Shown: positions 35,899 through 50,292, counted from the stretch's first letter. The stretch: DNA of 64,000 nt from Octopus sinensis (GCF_006345805.1 NC_043003.1:24986001-25050000); one strand, 5' to 3'. Translations and numbers: made by a program. The notes: generated by a model from the letters alone, not told the origin.

Positions 35899-36084
35899 GA
35901 ACTAATTGAAACAATGAACAATTTGAAAAGTTTGCGGTGGCGGATGGAAAGAGACAAGGTGAACGTAGTGAGCTGTTTTTATGATTTTCAGAAAAAAAGA
36001 ATATCAAACCAAGAAGAAACTGCATCGGGTGAAAATACGAAATAAATATCGCCATTTCCGGCGGAAGCGCTCGGCGGTGCTGCG
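35899..36084 (+). other. Candidate coding exon(s) of an unidentified gene
   Basis: Strong acceptor TTTTTTCTGTAG|G at 35899 opens ELIETMNNLKSLRWRMERDK; second acceptor TTTTCAG| at 35992 opens a single frame KKEYQTKKKLHRVKIRNKYRHFRRKRSAVL ending CG|GTAAGA at 36085. Unique, CpG-rich. No homology recognised. Confidence 0.3.
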
Positions 36085-36469
36085 GTAAGAAAAGTCTGTA
36101 ACGAATCTATGTCAGCAAAGAAACGAAAATGGCTTAGAGATTGCATTCTTCCGTTTTTTTTTACTGTGGTTGTATATTCATTACTTATTTCGTAGGTCAA
36201 GAAACTAACAACTATTGAGGGTTTTTTTTTGTGCACGCGTGGGTGCGTGAGAAAGAGACGGAAGTTAACCATAAAAAAACTGGTTGTTGATTACAGCAGC
36301 AACATGAGAGGGATATGTATTCAAAGGATCTACACCTCGCAACCACAGGATATGAGATAGGTGGTCTTGGAATAATCGTAGCAGAGATTGGTGAAGAAGT
36401 ATGTTCCAGATCATTGGTTCTCAACCGTTTGTACCTCAGCGCCCTCTTTCAATGAATAGAGTTTCACGT

Positions 36470-36519
<50 letters not shown>

Positions 36520-36696
36520 GTATATTGTGTAGGTCTGTGCCTGGGTGCATGTATGTATGTATATATATTATATACCACACACACATATGTGTGTGTATAC
36601 ATACGTACATTATGTATATATATGAGTGTATGTGTGTGTGTCTGGTCTGTCTGTCTGTATGTATGTATGTATGTATGCATGTGTATATATATATAT

Positions 36697-36740
<44 letters not shown>

Positions 36741-36744
36741 TTAA

Positions 36745-37731
36745 TGACATCATCAAGCACAGCAACATAAAAATCTTTGCAGATGACTCCAAGCTACAGA
36801 AGGTCATAAATGAGGCGAGTGACCGACATGCCTTCAGTCAGATCTACTGGCTGTTATCTGGGCAGAAAAAAACAATATGCTGCTGAACGAGGATAAATTT
36901 GAGCTAATCCACTTTGGAAAAGAGGATGCCCTGAAACTCCCATACTCCCTTCCTTAGGTGAAACTCTCGCGGCGTCAACAACATCAGAGACTTGGAGTAA
37001 TTGTGACAACAACATAAGCTGGGCCACTCTATAAACACAAAGTTGACATGACCCGCAGAATGTGTTCCTGGATTCTCAGAACTTTCCGTCGAGAGATATC
37101 CACACCATTATCCTTCTCTTTCCACTTTTGCCCGACCCCACCTTGAATACTGTTGTACTGTGGTCTCCCCACACAATACACGGTATCATAAAAGTTGAAG
37201 CACCTCAAAGGGCAATCAAAAAAAGATAGATGGCATGACAGGCCTCGACTATTGGGGTCGACTAGAAAAGCTAAAACTCTATTCCTCCAACGTCGTCGTG
37301 AGCGCTACATCATCTGCATGATGTGGAAAATATTCCATCAGCATTGCCAAATGATGTTGGCATCACCTTCAAGGTACATCCAAGCTGGGCCCCGTGCATC
37401 GCCCAAAACAAAAATCGCACTCTCATCTCATAACAACAATACGGCACAATTATTTCACCTCAATTGGCCCCGCTCTCTTTAACATTACACCAAAACACAT
37501 TATTAAAACAGAACGACCCTATAGGGTTCAAGAAGTCTTTGGACAGATTCCTTCAAGAAATCCGGATAAACCCCCTACACCCGGATATGTCTCTGTAAAC
37601 AATAACTCTCTACTTGAGTGGGCCATAGTGCCCAAATTCTGACTTGAAAGACTTCACCAGGTGGTGCTATTAAGTTAGACATGGCCTGGGCCAATAATGG
37701 CCGAAACCTATCAAAGTATCAAAGTATCAAA

Positions 37732-37735
<4 letters not shown>
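36745..37735 (+). mobile_element. CR1-type LINE, 5'-truncated, RT C-terminal half and 3' end
   Basis: [75 protein letters not shown] (frameshifted); ends in three tandem ATCAAAGT units. Confidence 0.9.
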
Positions 37736-37778
<43 letters not shown>

Positions 37779-38129
37779 ATTAATAAATGTTAAACACTTA
37801 GAGTATGCAAATTAGAACCCCAGTTTCCTGTAGCTAGTAGATTTGTTAAGTATATAAACTGATTGGCTTCATGCTTCTCTGGGATCAGTCAAATTGATGT
37901 AGATAATTCTGGTTCAAAAATAAATGTAGAATGTTCATCATTTTTTTCTCGTTTGTTTGTTTGTTTGTTCAAACTACGGAGACATAGCTAAATCTACCTT
38001 GCTTATGTATCTACTATACAGGTTACATATAATTATTTTAGATGTTAAGTGAGACAAAAGCTGGTGAGAAGGAGAAAGTCATCCTCAGACTGAAGACATA
38101 CCCTGAATGCTTACAACAGAACGGATTCC

Positions 38130-39060
38130 GCTAATAGCAGCCAATGTGCCCGGTGGTGATGTTAAACCAGGCAACGGACAAAGACTGTCAACAAAGTTGG
38201 CTTTGACGGGATTTGAACTCGGAATTTAAAAGGTGCGGAACAAATAAGGCATTTTACATTCTGAATTCAAGTTCAACCGAATCGACTTCGGTTGAACTTG
38301 AACGTCTAGTGATAGAATCAATTAGGCGGCGAGCTGGCAGAATCATTAGCACGCTGGACGAAATGCTTAGCGGCATTTTGTCTGTTTTTACGCTTTGAGT
38401 TCAAATTTCGCCGAGGTTGACCTTGCATTTCATTCTTTCAGGGTCGATAAGTGCTTAGCGGTAGTTCGCCAGTCGCTACGCCCTGATTTCAAATTCCGCC
38501 AAAGTCGACTTTGCCTTTCATCACTTCGGGTTCGATAAATTAAGTTATAAGTGAAACAATGGACTCAATGTACTTGACTAGCCCCGCACCCCCAAATTTC
38601 AGACCTTGTGCCTTTAGTAAGAAGGATTATTACTGAAGGTAGCAAGCTGACAGAATCGTTAGTACGCTGGGTGAAATACTTAGCGGTATTTCGTCTGCCG
38701 TTACGTTCTGAGTTCAAATTCCGCCGAGGTCGACTTTGCCTTTCATTCTTTCGGGGTCGATAAATTAAGTACCCTGTTACGCACTGGGGTCGATGTAATC
38801 GATTTAATCCCTTTGTCTGTCCTTGTTTATCCCCTCTATATTTAGCCCCTTGTGGGCAATAAAGAAATAAGAATCGTTAGTACGCCAGGCAAAATGCTTA
38901 GCGGTATTTCATCCATCTTTACGTTTTATGTTCAAATTCCACCGAGGTCAACTTTACCTTTCATCCTTTCGAGGTGGATAAAATAAGTACCAGTTGAGTA
39001 CTGGGTCGATGTAAACGACTAGACCTATTTCCCCAAAGTTTTACGCCAAGATAGAGAGAA
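38130..39060. mobile_element. Cluster of SINE family A copies (one decayed on -, several on +)
   Basis: Repeated GAGTTCAAATTCCGCCGAGGTCGAC bodies. Confidence 0.75.
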
Positions 39061-39149
39061 AACTATAAGAAACAAGGCAGCGGTTTAGCAGAATCGTTTG
39101 TGCGTCGATAAAATAAGCAAGTCATTACCTACAAGTGATTATTAAAATA

Positions 39150-39600
39150 CTAGCAGTATAGCCCGGCGTCGCTCGGATTTGTTTTATTAGTTGCGCTTAA
39201 AACGGCAGACTTTGATGTCGCGTTAACAAAGTTTTGACATAGTTTCAATCTTCTTTGAAAAGTAAAAATTTTGCATTATGTAGCTTGTTATTCTCTTTAA
39301 GTGAACATTTTTCTAGTTGAAATACACCGAAAAATGGCGACACAACAGTCAAAAAATCGTAAAAAATATGGATTTTCATAGAAAAAAAGCGTCTTTTTGA
39401 TGTAAATAATTTTTGGTCTTAACGTGGTCCGATTTAAATTTTTTTCTTCTACAGAATGAAGAGCAAGCCTTCTTCTATCATACCCTCAATTTTGGTCAAC
39501 TTGCGCCGCAGGGTCTCGGAGGAGATAGTGTTAGTTGAAGGCTACCAAACCTGCCACACACACATACACACACAGACAACTTCAGCTTTATATGTATAGA
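39150..39600 (-). mobile_element. Short non-autonomous Helitron
   Basis: Minus-strand 5' A|TCTATACATATAAAGCTGAAG at 39600; 3' CCGAGCGACGCCGGG hairpin plus CTAG|T at 39150. Confidence 0.8.
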
Positions 39601-39918
39601 TTCATCAGTTGAGCACTGTGGTCGATTATATCGACCAATCCACTCACGCTCTGAAACTACTGGACTTGTATTGAAATGTGAAACTTTTGTCAGAACAGCA
39701 AGAAATAAGCATCTTGTAAGCCGACACTGTAAACGGATTTAGTTTCTCGGTTGATACAAGTTGCCTTCACTGAGACGCAGCCACTGCCTTGTTCAAAAGC
39801 AAAGACTCCACAATACTCTGTTTTCCTCTTCCCCTAAAATTATAGGGTTCTTGGGCCCCAAACAAAAAGAACCCCGTATTACACTTCCTTTTAATGCCAC
39901 TGTTTTGCTCTCTCCCTC

Positions 39919-39954
<36 letters not shown>

Positions 39955-40169
39955 TCTCTCTCTTTCCTTTTTCCTTTTCTATTTACCTCCCGATATAGCT
40001 CTGTCTCTGTCTGTCATTCTCTCTCCCCCTCTTTCTCTATAGCTCTCTATCTACCGAAACATATCCGTCATTCACTATGTCAACCTCTTCTCTCCCTCTC
40101 TATCTCCCTCCCTCTCTGTAACCACACACACCCACATCAATATCTCTGTCACTCTCTTCCCACCACGCT

Positions 40170-40330
<161 letters not shown>

Positions 40331-40699
40331 TATCTAGCTGCCTGTGTGTCTGTCTGTCTCTGTCTATCTATCACTCTCTCACTTTCTGTTCCTTCACTCT
40401 CTCTCTATCTATCTCTCTCTCTTCTTTCTCTCTTTCCCTTCTTTTCTCCTCCTCTCCTTACCAGTCTATATTTTTCTCCGCCTCTGTCTATCAGTCTCTT
40501 TTCTGTCTTTCTTTCTTTCTTTCTTTTGTTTGTTTGTTTGTTTGTTTGTTTGTTTCTTTCTTTCTTTCTTTCTCTCTTTCTGTCTACCTCTCTCTCTATC
40601 TCTCTCTCTATCTACCTCTCTCTAACTGCCTCTCTCTCTATCTATCTTTCTCTCTCTCTAGCACCCTGCCTCTCTCTTTGTCTATTTCTCTCTTCATCT

Positions 40700-41235
40700 A
40701 ACTGTCTCTCTCTGTCTATCCCTCTCTCGCTTTACCTTCCTCTCTCTCTCTATGTACCTCCCTTCTCTTTATGTATACCCCTCTCTCTTCATCTCTCTCT
40801 CTCTATCCCCTGATCTATTATCAATAATACAACTGTCTCTCTCTCTCTCTCTCTCTCTCTGTCTACCCCTCTCTCCTTCTCTCTCTACGTACCTCCCCTC
40901 TCTCTATGCATACCCTCTCTCTTCATCTCTCTCTCTCTCCCCTAATCATATTATCAATAATGCAACTGTCTCTCTCTCTCTCTCTCTCTGTCTACCCCTA
41001 TCTCCCTCTCTCTCTATATACCTCCTCTCTCTCTATGTATACCCCGCTCTCTTCATCTCTCTTTCCCCTGATCATATCAATAATGCAACTGTCTCTCTCT
41101 CTCTCTGTCTACCCCTCTCTCCCTCTATCTCTATCTACCTCCTCTCTCTCTCTCTATGTATACCCCTCTCTCTTCATCTCTCTCCCTCTCTCTCCCCACT
41201 CTCTCTCTCCTGATCATATTGTCAATAATGCAGCT
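40700..41235. repeat. CT-rich minisatellite, four units of about 125-145 bp
   Basis: Marker (T/G)TCAATAAT(A/G)CA(A/G)CTG recurs near 40820, 40952, 41076 and 41222. Confidence 0.85.
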
Positions 41236-41719
41236 GCTTCTCAAATGACTCCCACTGTTGCACTACCTGCTGCTGATAGTGTCATTGTTCTTGCTTTGTT
41301 TTATTTCATTTCATTCTCTTCTTTCTTTTGTAATTTATCGGTGTGAGACACTTGACACCTCTCATTTGCAATGTCTTCTTCATATCCCGACATTAAAAAC
41401 ATAACATCATTGTTGCTTTGTTGTTGCTGTTGTTGATGATGATGATGATGATGATGTTTTTGTACTATAATCAAAAACGTTCAAGCCAGACTATTCTCTC
41501 TTTCTTTCTCTCTTTCTTTCTTTCTTTCTTTCTTTCTTATTTTTTTAGAACTCCACCTCAATCGTTTTATTATCCATTGAAAAAAAAAATGCTTTTCTGG
41601 GGGCTGAAAAAAAAAGGGGTACTGTTTAGAATATCAAGCAATCAGAATTTGTAAAACAAATCTTATTTTAAGCAAAATAAAAAAGTTATTTTTCTTGGAA
41701 AAAAAAAGGGGAGGGTGGA

Positions 41720-42120
41720 AGGCATGGCCGTGTGATTAAGGAGCTTGCTTTGCTACCATGTTATTTCGGGTTCAGTCTTATTGCAAAGTACCTTGGGCAA
41801 ATGTCTTCTACTGTAGTCCCAAACCGATCAATGCTTTGTGAGTGAAACTGGTACACGGAAACTGTGTGGAAGCCCATCGTATATATAGTAAGAGAAGGGG
41901 GTTAAAGTGTGACACACTGACACACAGAAATTAGTTTTCGCATTTATTATATTAGATATACACGACGGGCTTCTTTCAGTTTCCTCTACCAAATTTACCC
42001 ACAAGGCTTTGGTCGGCTAGGGGCTATAGTAGAAGACACTTGCCAAGGTGTCACGCGGTGGGACTGAACACGGAATCATGTGGTTGGGAAGCAATCCTCT
42101 TACCACTCTCAGCCACGCCT
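41720..42120. mobile_element. Two SINE family B heads in opposite orientation (+ about 41720-41880; - about 41960-42120)
   Basis: CORE-like CCTTGGGCAAATGTCTTCTAC and its reverse complement. Confidence 0.7.
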
Positions 42121-42132
42121 ATATTATATCTA

Positions 42133-42221
<89 letters not shown>

Positions 42222-42264
42222 GTCTGTCTGTCTAATCTATCTACCAACCTACTTATCTATCTAC

Positions 42265-42336
<72 letters not shown>

Positions 42337-43093
42337 GTGTCTCCCAGTCTTTGTGTGTGTACGTGTGTGTGCGCGCGCGCAACATGGCCGTTTTGGAACT
42401 GAGGAGACCATAGATTAAATGAGTACTCAATACACGTGTTATGTAGCGTGCATATGGTTATTTGCGAGCAAAAAGCCCTACAGCAAGTTTATCCGTTTCA
42501 GCAGATACACTGAAAACGCTAAAGATTCACGTCATCCGAGGCAAATATTTCCTTTGTGCGCCGGGTACGCATGGATACGTGGTCAGCATACAGAGAGTAA
42601 ATTAATAACATAATGAGATTCACAGCATATTTAAAATTGACAATTCTCCATTTCAAACCTGATTAATAAACTGATAATGACTGATAAGAGCTGGCAGAAT
42701 CGATAGAGCGTCGAACAAAATGCTTAGCGGCAAGCCTTCCGGTTCTTTACGTTCTGCTCTTAAATATCTCCGAGTTCGGCTTTGCTTTTTTTTTTTATCC
42801 TTTCGGGGTCGATGAAAGTAAATACCAGGTAAACACTGGAATCAATGTAATCGACTAGCTCTTTTCCTCCAAAATATCAGGCCCTGTGCCTTTAATAGAA
42901 AGGATTAATTTCTTTATCGCATTTCACCCCCATTTCCATTTTTTCCCCTCTCTCCTTTATTTAAATCCGCACACAAATTGTTGTCTGTTCTTGTGATATC
43001 CCTCTCATCTGTGCCAATGTGGCTAATAAAACATGAATTAGGTCCTTGTGGCCAATAAAAGAAATAATAATAATTATTATTATTATCACTGAG

Positions 43094-43490
43094 AAGGCGG
43101 CGAGCTGGTAGAATCGTTAGCATGTCAGGCGAAATGCTTAGCGGTATTTCGCCTGCCGCTACGTACTGAGTTCAAATTCCGCCGAGGCCGACTTTGCCTT
43201 TCATCTTTTCGAGGTCGATAAATTAAGTACCAGTTACACACTGGGGTCGATGTAATCGACTTAATCCATTTGTCTGTCCTTGTTTGTCCTCTCTGTGTTT
43301 AGTCCCTTTTGGGCAGTAAAGAAATAGGTATTTCATCCGTCCTTACGTTCTATGTTCAAATTCCACCGAGGTCGACTTTACCTTTCATCCTTTCGTGGTC
43401 GATAAAATAAGTACTAGTTGAACACTAGGGTCGAAGTAATCGACTCATCCCCATCTCCCCTAAGCTGCCCTTACGGTAAATATTTGAAAT
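43094..43490 (+). mobile_element. SINE family A, head plus two bodies
   Basis: Family A pattern. Confidence 0.8.
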
Positions 43491-43504
43491 AATAATTATT
43501 ATTA

Positions 43505-44470
43505 TTTCTCTTTATCATAGGTTTTGTTGGAGCTCCTAGAGTCTTACATGCGTGACAAGCCTGCTATCTACAGTTTACGGTACCATGCTATCCGTTGTTT
43601 TCACTTATATAACAATTTTCCTGATTATTCTGGCCGTGCCAATGAGGCAAACCTTTTGTAACAGTTCTACTGGGTACTCTATTCCAATTTCCTTTATATT
43701 CCCCTTGATGCCTTCTGATACTGTTGTCAAGGTCCCAACAATAATTGGCACTATTTTTACCTTGTTCATTTTCCATAGCCGATTTATTTTGTACTTAAGA
43801 GGGTTGTATTCATCTATCTTTTCACTTTCCTTCTTGACTATTCGTGGACCAAAGGGACATGCAGCATTAACTATATAGCATATGTGATGCATCTTATCCA
43901 CCAACACTAGGTCCGGTCTGTTATGCTCTAGCACCTAATCTGTTTGGATTGGGAAATCTCAAAGGATTTAGCTAATCTCCGACTCCGCAACTCTCTGCTG
44001 TTTGTGCTCATACCACGTCTTGCCTCTCTCTCTACCCGCCAATTTTCACACAGTTTCCAATGTAGCACTTCGCTACCTGATCGTGTTGCCACAACTTGTA
44101 GTGGTTTTGAGCAAATCTGGGGGCAATGATATGGGCAATGGTTTCATCCACTCTATTGTAATTGCGGCACAGCGGAGACACTTACTCATTCTAAAGTTTG
44201 GCCCTCCAGTTCGTGGCCAACGCGTGGTCTTGCGTTGCCAGTATAGTGTTTGTTCTTTTCATCAGCCAATCCCACCTATTTTTTCCAGCAACTTCTGTTG
44301 TGGCTACATGGAATTGATTGTGTAGTCCCTACTTGCGTAATTCTTCTTCATGTCCTTTTTATACTTCCTCCTTTGCTTTTCCTATTTTTCTCTGCTTCCA
44401 ATACTCCCTCATTCCTGTCACTAGCAAGGTTTCCTTACTTTGGGCCAGGTATCTCATTAAGCTCTCGAGT
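43505..44470 (-). mobile_element. R4/Dong-like LINE 3' end (zinc knuckle region, RLE endonuclease, 3' UTR ending in AAT repeats)
   Basis: ILATQDHALATNWRAK, PLCR..DETIAHI, WYEHK, HNRPDLVLVDK..CYIVNAACPF, KVKIVPIIVGTL, LLQKVCLIGTARIIRK; minus-strand 3' end runs into ATAATAATAATT. Confidence 0.9.
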
Positions 44471-45612
44471 TCGATACGCACGTGGTGAGCTGGCAAGATC
44501 GTTACCAAGCTGAACAAAATGCCCAGCACCATTTCAACCGTCTTTACGTTCTGTTTTTCAAATTCTGCCGAGTTCGACTTCGCCTTTCATCCTTTCGGGG
44601 TCGATGAAATAAGTACCACTCGAACACTGGAGTTGATGCAATGGACAACTCCCCACCCCATTAATCCCATCATAAAATTTTAGGCCTTGTGCGTATAGTA
44701 GTCAGGATTATCATTATTATTACCTCCACCAAGGAAGGAGGTTATGTTTTCATTGGCGTTGGTTTGTCGGTCTGTGTGCAAAACAACTCAAAAAGTGATG
44801 ATCCCTAATATATGCAAACACTTGATTCTCAGCCCTCCCCCCATCACCACCACCCAACATCACTCCTTCGCTCCCTTCCCACCCTTAAACCAATTTATAA
44901 CCACCTATTTGAGGAAACTTGCAGGAAAAGTTGGTAATGATACAAGGAACAGATGAGGAATTTTTGGTAGTGATCCGGGAATTTTTATGGATTCTTGAAG
45001 GGTTTTTATATTTGTTATATTCACTTTACATGAAGTATTACAATGTTACGTTCTTTGACTATCTCCCCTGAAAACATCGTTTACGCGTAACCTACAGTGG
45101 CGTTGCTGTTTAGATGATGACGATTGTCAAGATGAGTATGGGAGGAGGATAAAATAGTATCGGTGGTTATAATGGCAACAGGAGCAGTGTGATGTGTGAT
45201 GCTGAGGTGATGGTGGTAATAGTGGTGTTGATGATAGTGTTTGTTGTGTGATGGTGGTATTGCAGTGGTTATACTGGTTGTGGTAGTGAAAGTGACTGTC
45301 AAGGTAACCGTCATGATAACATTGATGGCTGTTTATGTGGTTGAAGTGGAAGCAATTACAATGCTGCTGATGATGTTGGTGGTTGTGCACTGCTTCAGAT
45401 GATTCCTGTTTTTAATGGGGTTTTTTTTCTTAAAATCATATGCCTGTGTTATTTTATTTTTTTACCCCTGCGAAGGAGGTTATGTTTTTGCCGGCGTTGG
45501 TTTGGGAAATTGGGCGATTTTCAGCATGCGTGTATATGGGTAGAAATGAGCTACTTGGCGGAGGTCTGCGCTCACCGAATGCTTTTCTAGTTATTATTTT
45601 TTTCTTATTATT

Positions 45613-46163
45613 GAGTGAGAGAGCAGTGCATGCCATCAAAGTGACACTGGGGTAAAATATACGAAGCCCAATATACCCATCATGACTACCCGTCTGATAA
45701 AGGCACACCAGGCACATGCATCACAACCATATGTGCGCGACATGGTGATCTCATATCAAGATAAATAGCATATGACCTTGCAGGTGGGGCCCAGTTACAA
45801 TTTTCTTCTGGTTGAGTAACCCATCCCGCTCAAAAGGTCCCTGAATAAGGGTTGTTTAAGGATGTTGAACAAAACACCCATGTTTCCAGAGGTGAATTAT
45901 TCAAACCCCAAAGAATCCCTCTCAATACATGGCTATGATGCTCCCCCACTAATTCTGCTCGTGATCAGAGATGCACATATCGTCAGCCACTAAGCGACAT
46001 GCTCAACTAATTATTGTCAAACAACTGACAAGCAAATCCTTGGTATTGAGCAGAATATTTGCTGTAGCCCATCTTTTATGCCAAGACAAAACAATGTACA
46101 TAACACTTTTAATCAGTTAAGATCAGGAGCCACGAGAGCCGCTGCCTGGTACTGTATAAGGGC

Positions 46164-46167
<4 letters not shown>
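45613..46167. mobile_element. About 555-bp (ATT)n-embedded element, copy 2
   Basis: Same ends and body as 16739-17289. Confidence 0.85.
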
Positions 46168-46206
<39 letters not shown>

Positions 46207-46764
46207 GAGTGAGCGAGCAGAGCATGCCATCAAAGTGACACTGGGGTAAAATATACGAAGCCCAGTATACCCATCATGACTACCCGTCTGATAAGGGTAC
46301 ACCAGGCACATGCATCACAACCATATGTGCGCGACATGGTGATCTCATATCAATATAAACAGCACATGACCTTGCAGGTGGAGCCCAGTTAGAATTTTCT
46401 TCAGATCGAGTAACCCATCCTGCTCAAAAGGTCCCTGAATAAGGGTTGTTTGAGGACGTTGAACGAAACACCCATGTTTCCAGAGGTGAATTATTCAAAC
46501 CCCAAAGAATCCTTCTCAACACATGGCTATGATGTTCCCCCACTACTTCTGCTCGTGATCAGAGATGCACATATCGTCAGCCACTAAGGGACATGCTCAA
46601 CTGGTTAAGGTCAAACAACTGACAAGCAAATCTGTGGTATTGAGCAGAATATTTGCTGTAGCCCATCTTTTATACCAAGACAAAACAATGTACATGATAA
46701 CACCTCCAATCAGTTAAGATCAGAAGCCATGAGAGCCACTGCCTGGTACTGCATCAGGGCATTT
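46207..46764. mobile_element. About 555-bp (ATT)n-embedded element, copy 3 (head-to-tail with copy 2)
   Basis: Separated from copy 2 by about 13 ATT units. Confidence 0.85.
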
Positions 46765-46886
46765 ATTATTATTATTATTATTATATTATTATTATATTAT
46801 TATATTATTATTATTATTATTATTAATATTATTATTATTATTATTATATTATTATTTTATTATTACTACTACTATATTATTATTAC

Positions 46887-46958
<72 letters not shown>

Positions 46959-46992
46959 GACCATCATCATCATCATCATCATCATTATCATT

Positions 46993-47066
<74 letters not shown>

Positions 47067-47100
47067 CATCATCATCATGATTATCATCATCATCATCATC

Positions 47101-47151
<51 letters not shown>

Positions 47152-47264
47152 ATTATTATTATTATTCTTATTCTTCTTCTTATTATTATTATTACTACTA
47201 CTATTATTATTATTACTATTATATTATTATTATTTTATTATTATTATTATCATCATCATCATCA

Positions 47265-47326
<62 letters not shown>
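46765..47326. repeat. Long compound trinucleotide array (ATT/ATC/CTT/ACT)
   Basis: Source of the poly-I/M/Y ORFs in the track. Confidence 0.95.
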
Positions 47327-47679
47327 GTCAAGGCAGCGAGCTGGCTAGAACCGTTAGCAGACCGGACAAAAGTTTTGGCCGAATTTTATTCCGGATTTAC
47401 GTTCTGAATTCAAATTCCGTCAAGGTCAACTTTGCCTGTTATCCTTTCGAAATCGATCAAATAAGTACCAGTTGAGTCGGGGGGGGGGGCGGTCGATGTG
47501 ATCAACTTACTCCTCCCCCTAAAAATTGCTGACCTTGTACCAAAATTGTGCCGTTGTTGTTGTTGTTGCTGTTATTATCATTGCTGCTACCGCTGCTGCT
47601 GCTGTTGTTGTTCTTGTTAATTCATTATTGATTCACGTCTTCCATTCCTCAGAAATTATGCGAGTTTGCATTTCTTCGC

Positions 47680-47844
47680 AACTATCATCATCATCATCAT
47701 CATCACCAGCTTCATCTCTCTCATCATCACCACCACTACTACCACCACCACCACCACCACCACTACCACCACCACCACTATCATCATCATCATCATCTTC
47801 ATCTCCCTCATCATCATCATCATCATCATCATCACCACCACTAC

Positions 47845-47893
<49 letters not shown>

Positions 47894-47995
47894 TCCCTCA
47901 TCATCACCACCATCACCACCACCACCATCATCGTCGTCGTCGTCGTCATCATCATCATCATCATCGTCGTCGTCGTCACCATCATCATCATCGTT
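47680..47995. repeat. Compound (ATC)/(ACC)/(GTC) array
   Basis: Source of the poly-S/P/T/M ORFs. Confidence 0.95.
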
Positions 47996-48197
47996 ACAAT
48001 CAATACCTGTTTTACATTATTTATTTATGTATACAAGTCCATGTATTTACATATTTTCCCTAATTTTATAAACTTTGTCGTCGTCGTCGTCGTGGTTGCT
48101 GCTATTCAGCCCTAGGCTAGGTATGACTATGCAAACCTATGATCAAAGATATTCCAGTCACGTTCATCCTGCCATCATCATATGTTAATGTGTAGGT

Positions 48198-48236
<39 letters not shown>

Positions 48237-48415
48237 CGTGCGTGCGTGAGTGTGTGCGTGTATGTGCGTGTTTGTATGTGTGTGTGTATATGTGTGTGTG
48301 TGGATGCATTTATAACATATGCCCCATGCAGATATGTCTGTAGACATGTCTACATGTATGTATGTGTTTATGTGTATCTCTGTATCATACATGGCTGTGT
48401 GCATACGGATGTATG

Positions 48416-48451
<36 letters not shown>

Positions 48452-48582
48452 TGTATGTACATAAGTCTGTTAGTTACCATTTATCTATTTACGCATGTAT
48501 ACATACATACATACAGACAGACAGACAGACATATACACATACATACATGCATATATACATACATGCATACGTACATACACAC

Positions 48583-48650
<68 letters not shown>

Positions 48651-48707
48651 GTCTGTCAGCCTATCTTTCTTTGTGTTTGTATATATATATGTATATATGT
48701 ATGTATG

Positions 48708-48785
<78 letters not shown>

Positions 48786-49809
48786 AACACACACTTAAAT
48801 ACATTAATATAATACAAATAAACACAAACACACCTATATATTTATTTTTTGTGCGCGTATGTTTGCTTTTCTCCGTGTGTATCTGTATGTGTGTGCATGT
48901 GTGTTTGTTTGTGTGTGTGCGCGCGCGCACGTTCGAGTATGTGTGTGTGTATGTGTGTTCGCATATTTGAATACACGTGTCGATCCCAATTATATGCAAA
49001 CACTTGATTCTCATCTCTGCCACCACCAGCACACCACCACCACCACCACCACCACCACCACCCAAAATCTCTCCTCCGCTCCCTTCCCACCCTTAAACTA
49101 ATTTACAACCACCTATCACCACCACTACCACCACCACCACCACCACCACCACCACCACCACCACCACCACCATTACCCCTGCAAAAAAAAAAAAAGGAAG
49201 CAACCTCCATCAAGTCTCTCTAATGGACATTACCATTGTCTCCATCTCGAAAAAAATTCTTCAGCTGCAAATACCCTACTAGACGGCGGACACCCGCCAA
49301 ATTTATGCATCAATGAATTACGTTTTCATACACAAGCATTCTTCCCCGTTCGATTACCAACCAAACCAATAGACTCATTCATATGCATTCCTACTGAATG
49401 ACATTGAAACTCATCAAACTTGATTATTATTGTTATTATTATTTTTCTAATCACAAAACCTATACGCATCCTTATATATATACTATAATTGATCTTCCCC
49501 CATCAGACACACCCCTACACACCCTTAACTAACCCACAGCAAAATCACGATTTTGAAATGAAAGCAAATAAAAATGAAAAAATATCTTGCAATAAATATA
49601 AGTCAATAACCGACCACATCACACAAATCCCTTCACTCTTCAGAGCCAAATAATTTTATCTGCCATTAACAAAACAAATAAATAAATTAATAAATAAATA
49701 AACAAATGTATTCAAGAATTTCTGCCGGATTAAAAATACTAGTCGCTATGAGGCACTGAATCTTCCGTTACACACGCATACAAAATAGATAGATGTATTA
49801 TACATATTT

Positions 49810-49850
49810 ACGCATGTATACATACATACATACATACATACATACATACA

Positions 49851-49884
<34 letters not shown>

Positions 49885-50260
49885 CAGACAGTCATATACA
49901 CATTCATATATACATACATACATATATACAGACAGTCATATACACATTCATATATACATACATGCATACGTACATACATACACACATACATATATGCATG
50001 CATGCATGTATATATAAATTTATACATACATACATATATACATACATACATACATGCATGCATACATACGTACATACATACATACATACATAATACATAC
50101 ATGCATACATACATGCATACATACATGCATACATACATACATACATGCATGCATACATACATACATACTACATACATACATACATACATACATATCATGG
50201 AAAGCGGACGTTAAATGATGATGATGATGATGATGATACATACATACATACATACATACA

Positions 50261-50292
<32 letters not shown>

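Noticed and set aside
45920-45992. Minus-strand CTGACGA inside the 555-bp element
   Set aside because: Followed by GAAG rather than GAAA, and no NUH next to a stem I.
46729-47475. Longest ORF in the track (248 aa, poly-I/L/Y) and similar ORFs over TA, CA, TATC, TACA, CT and ATC tracts across the window
   Set aside because: They are stop-free translations of microsatellites with no protein-like complexity.
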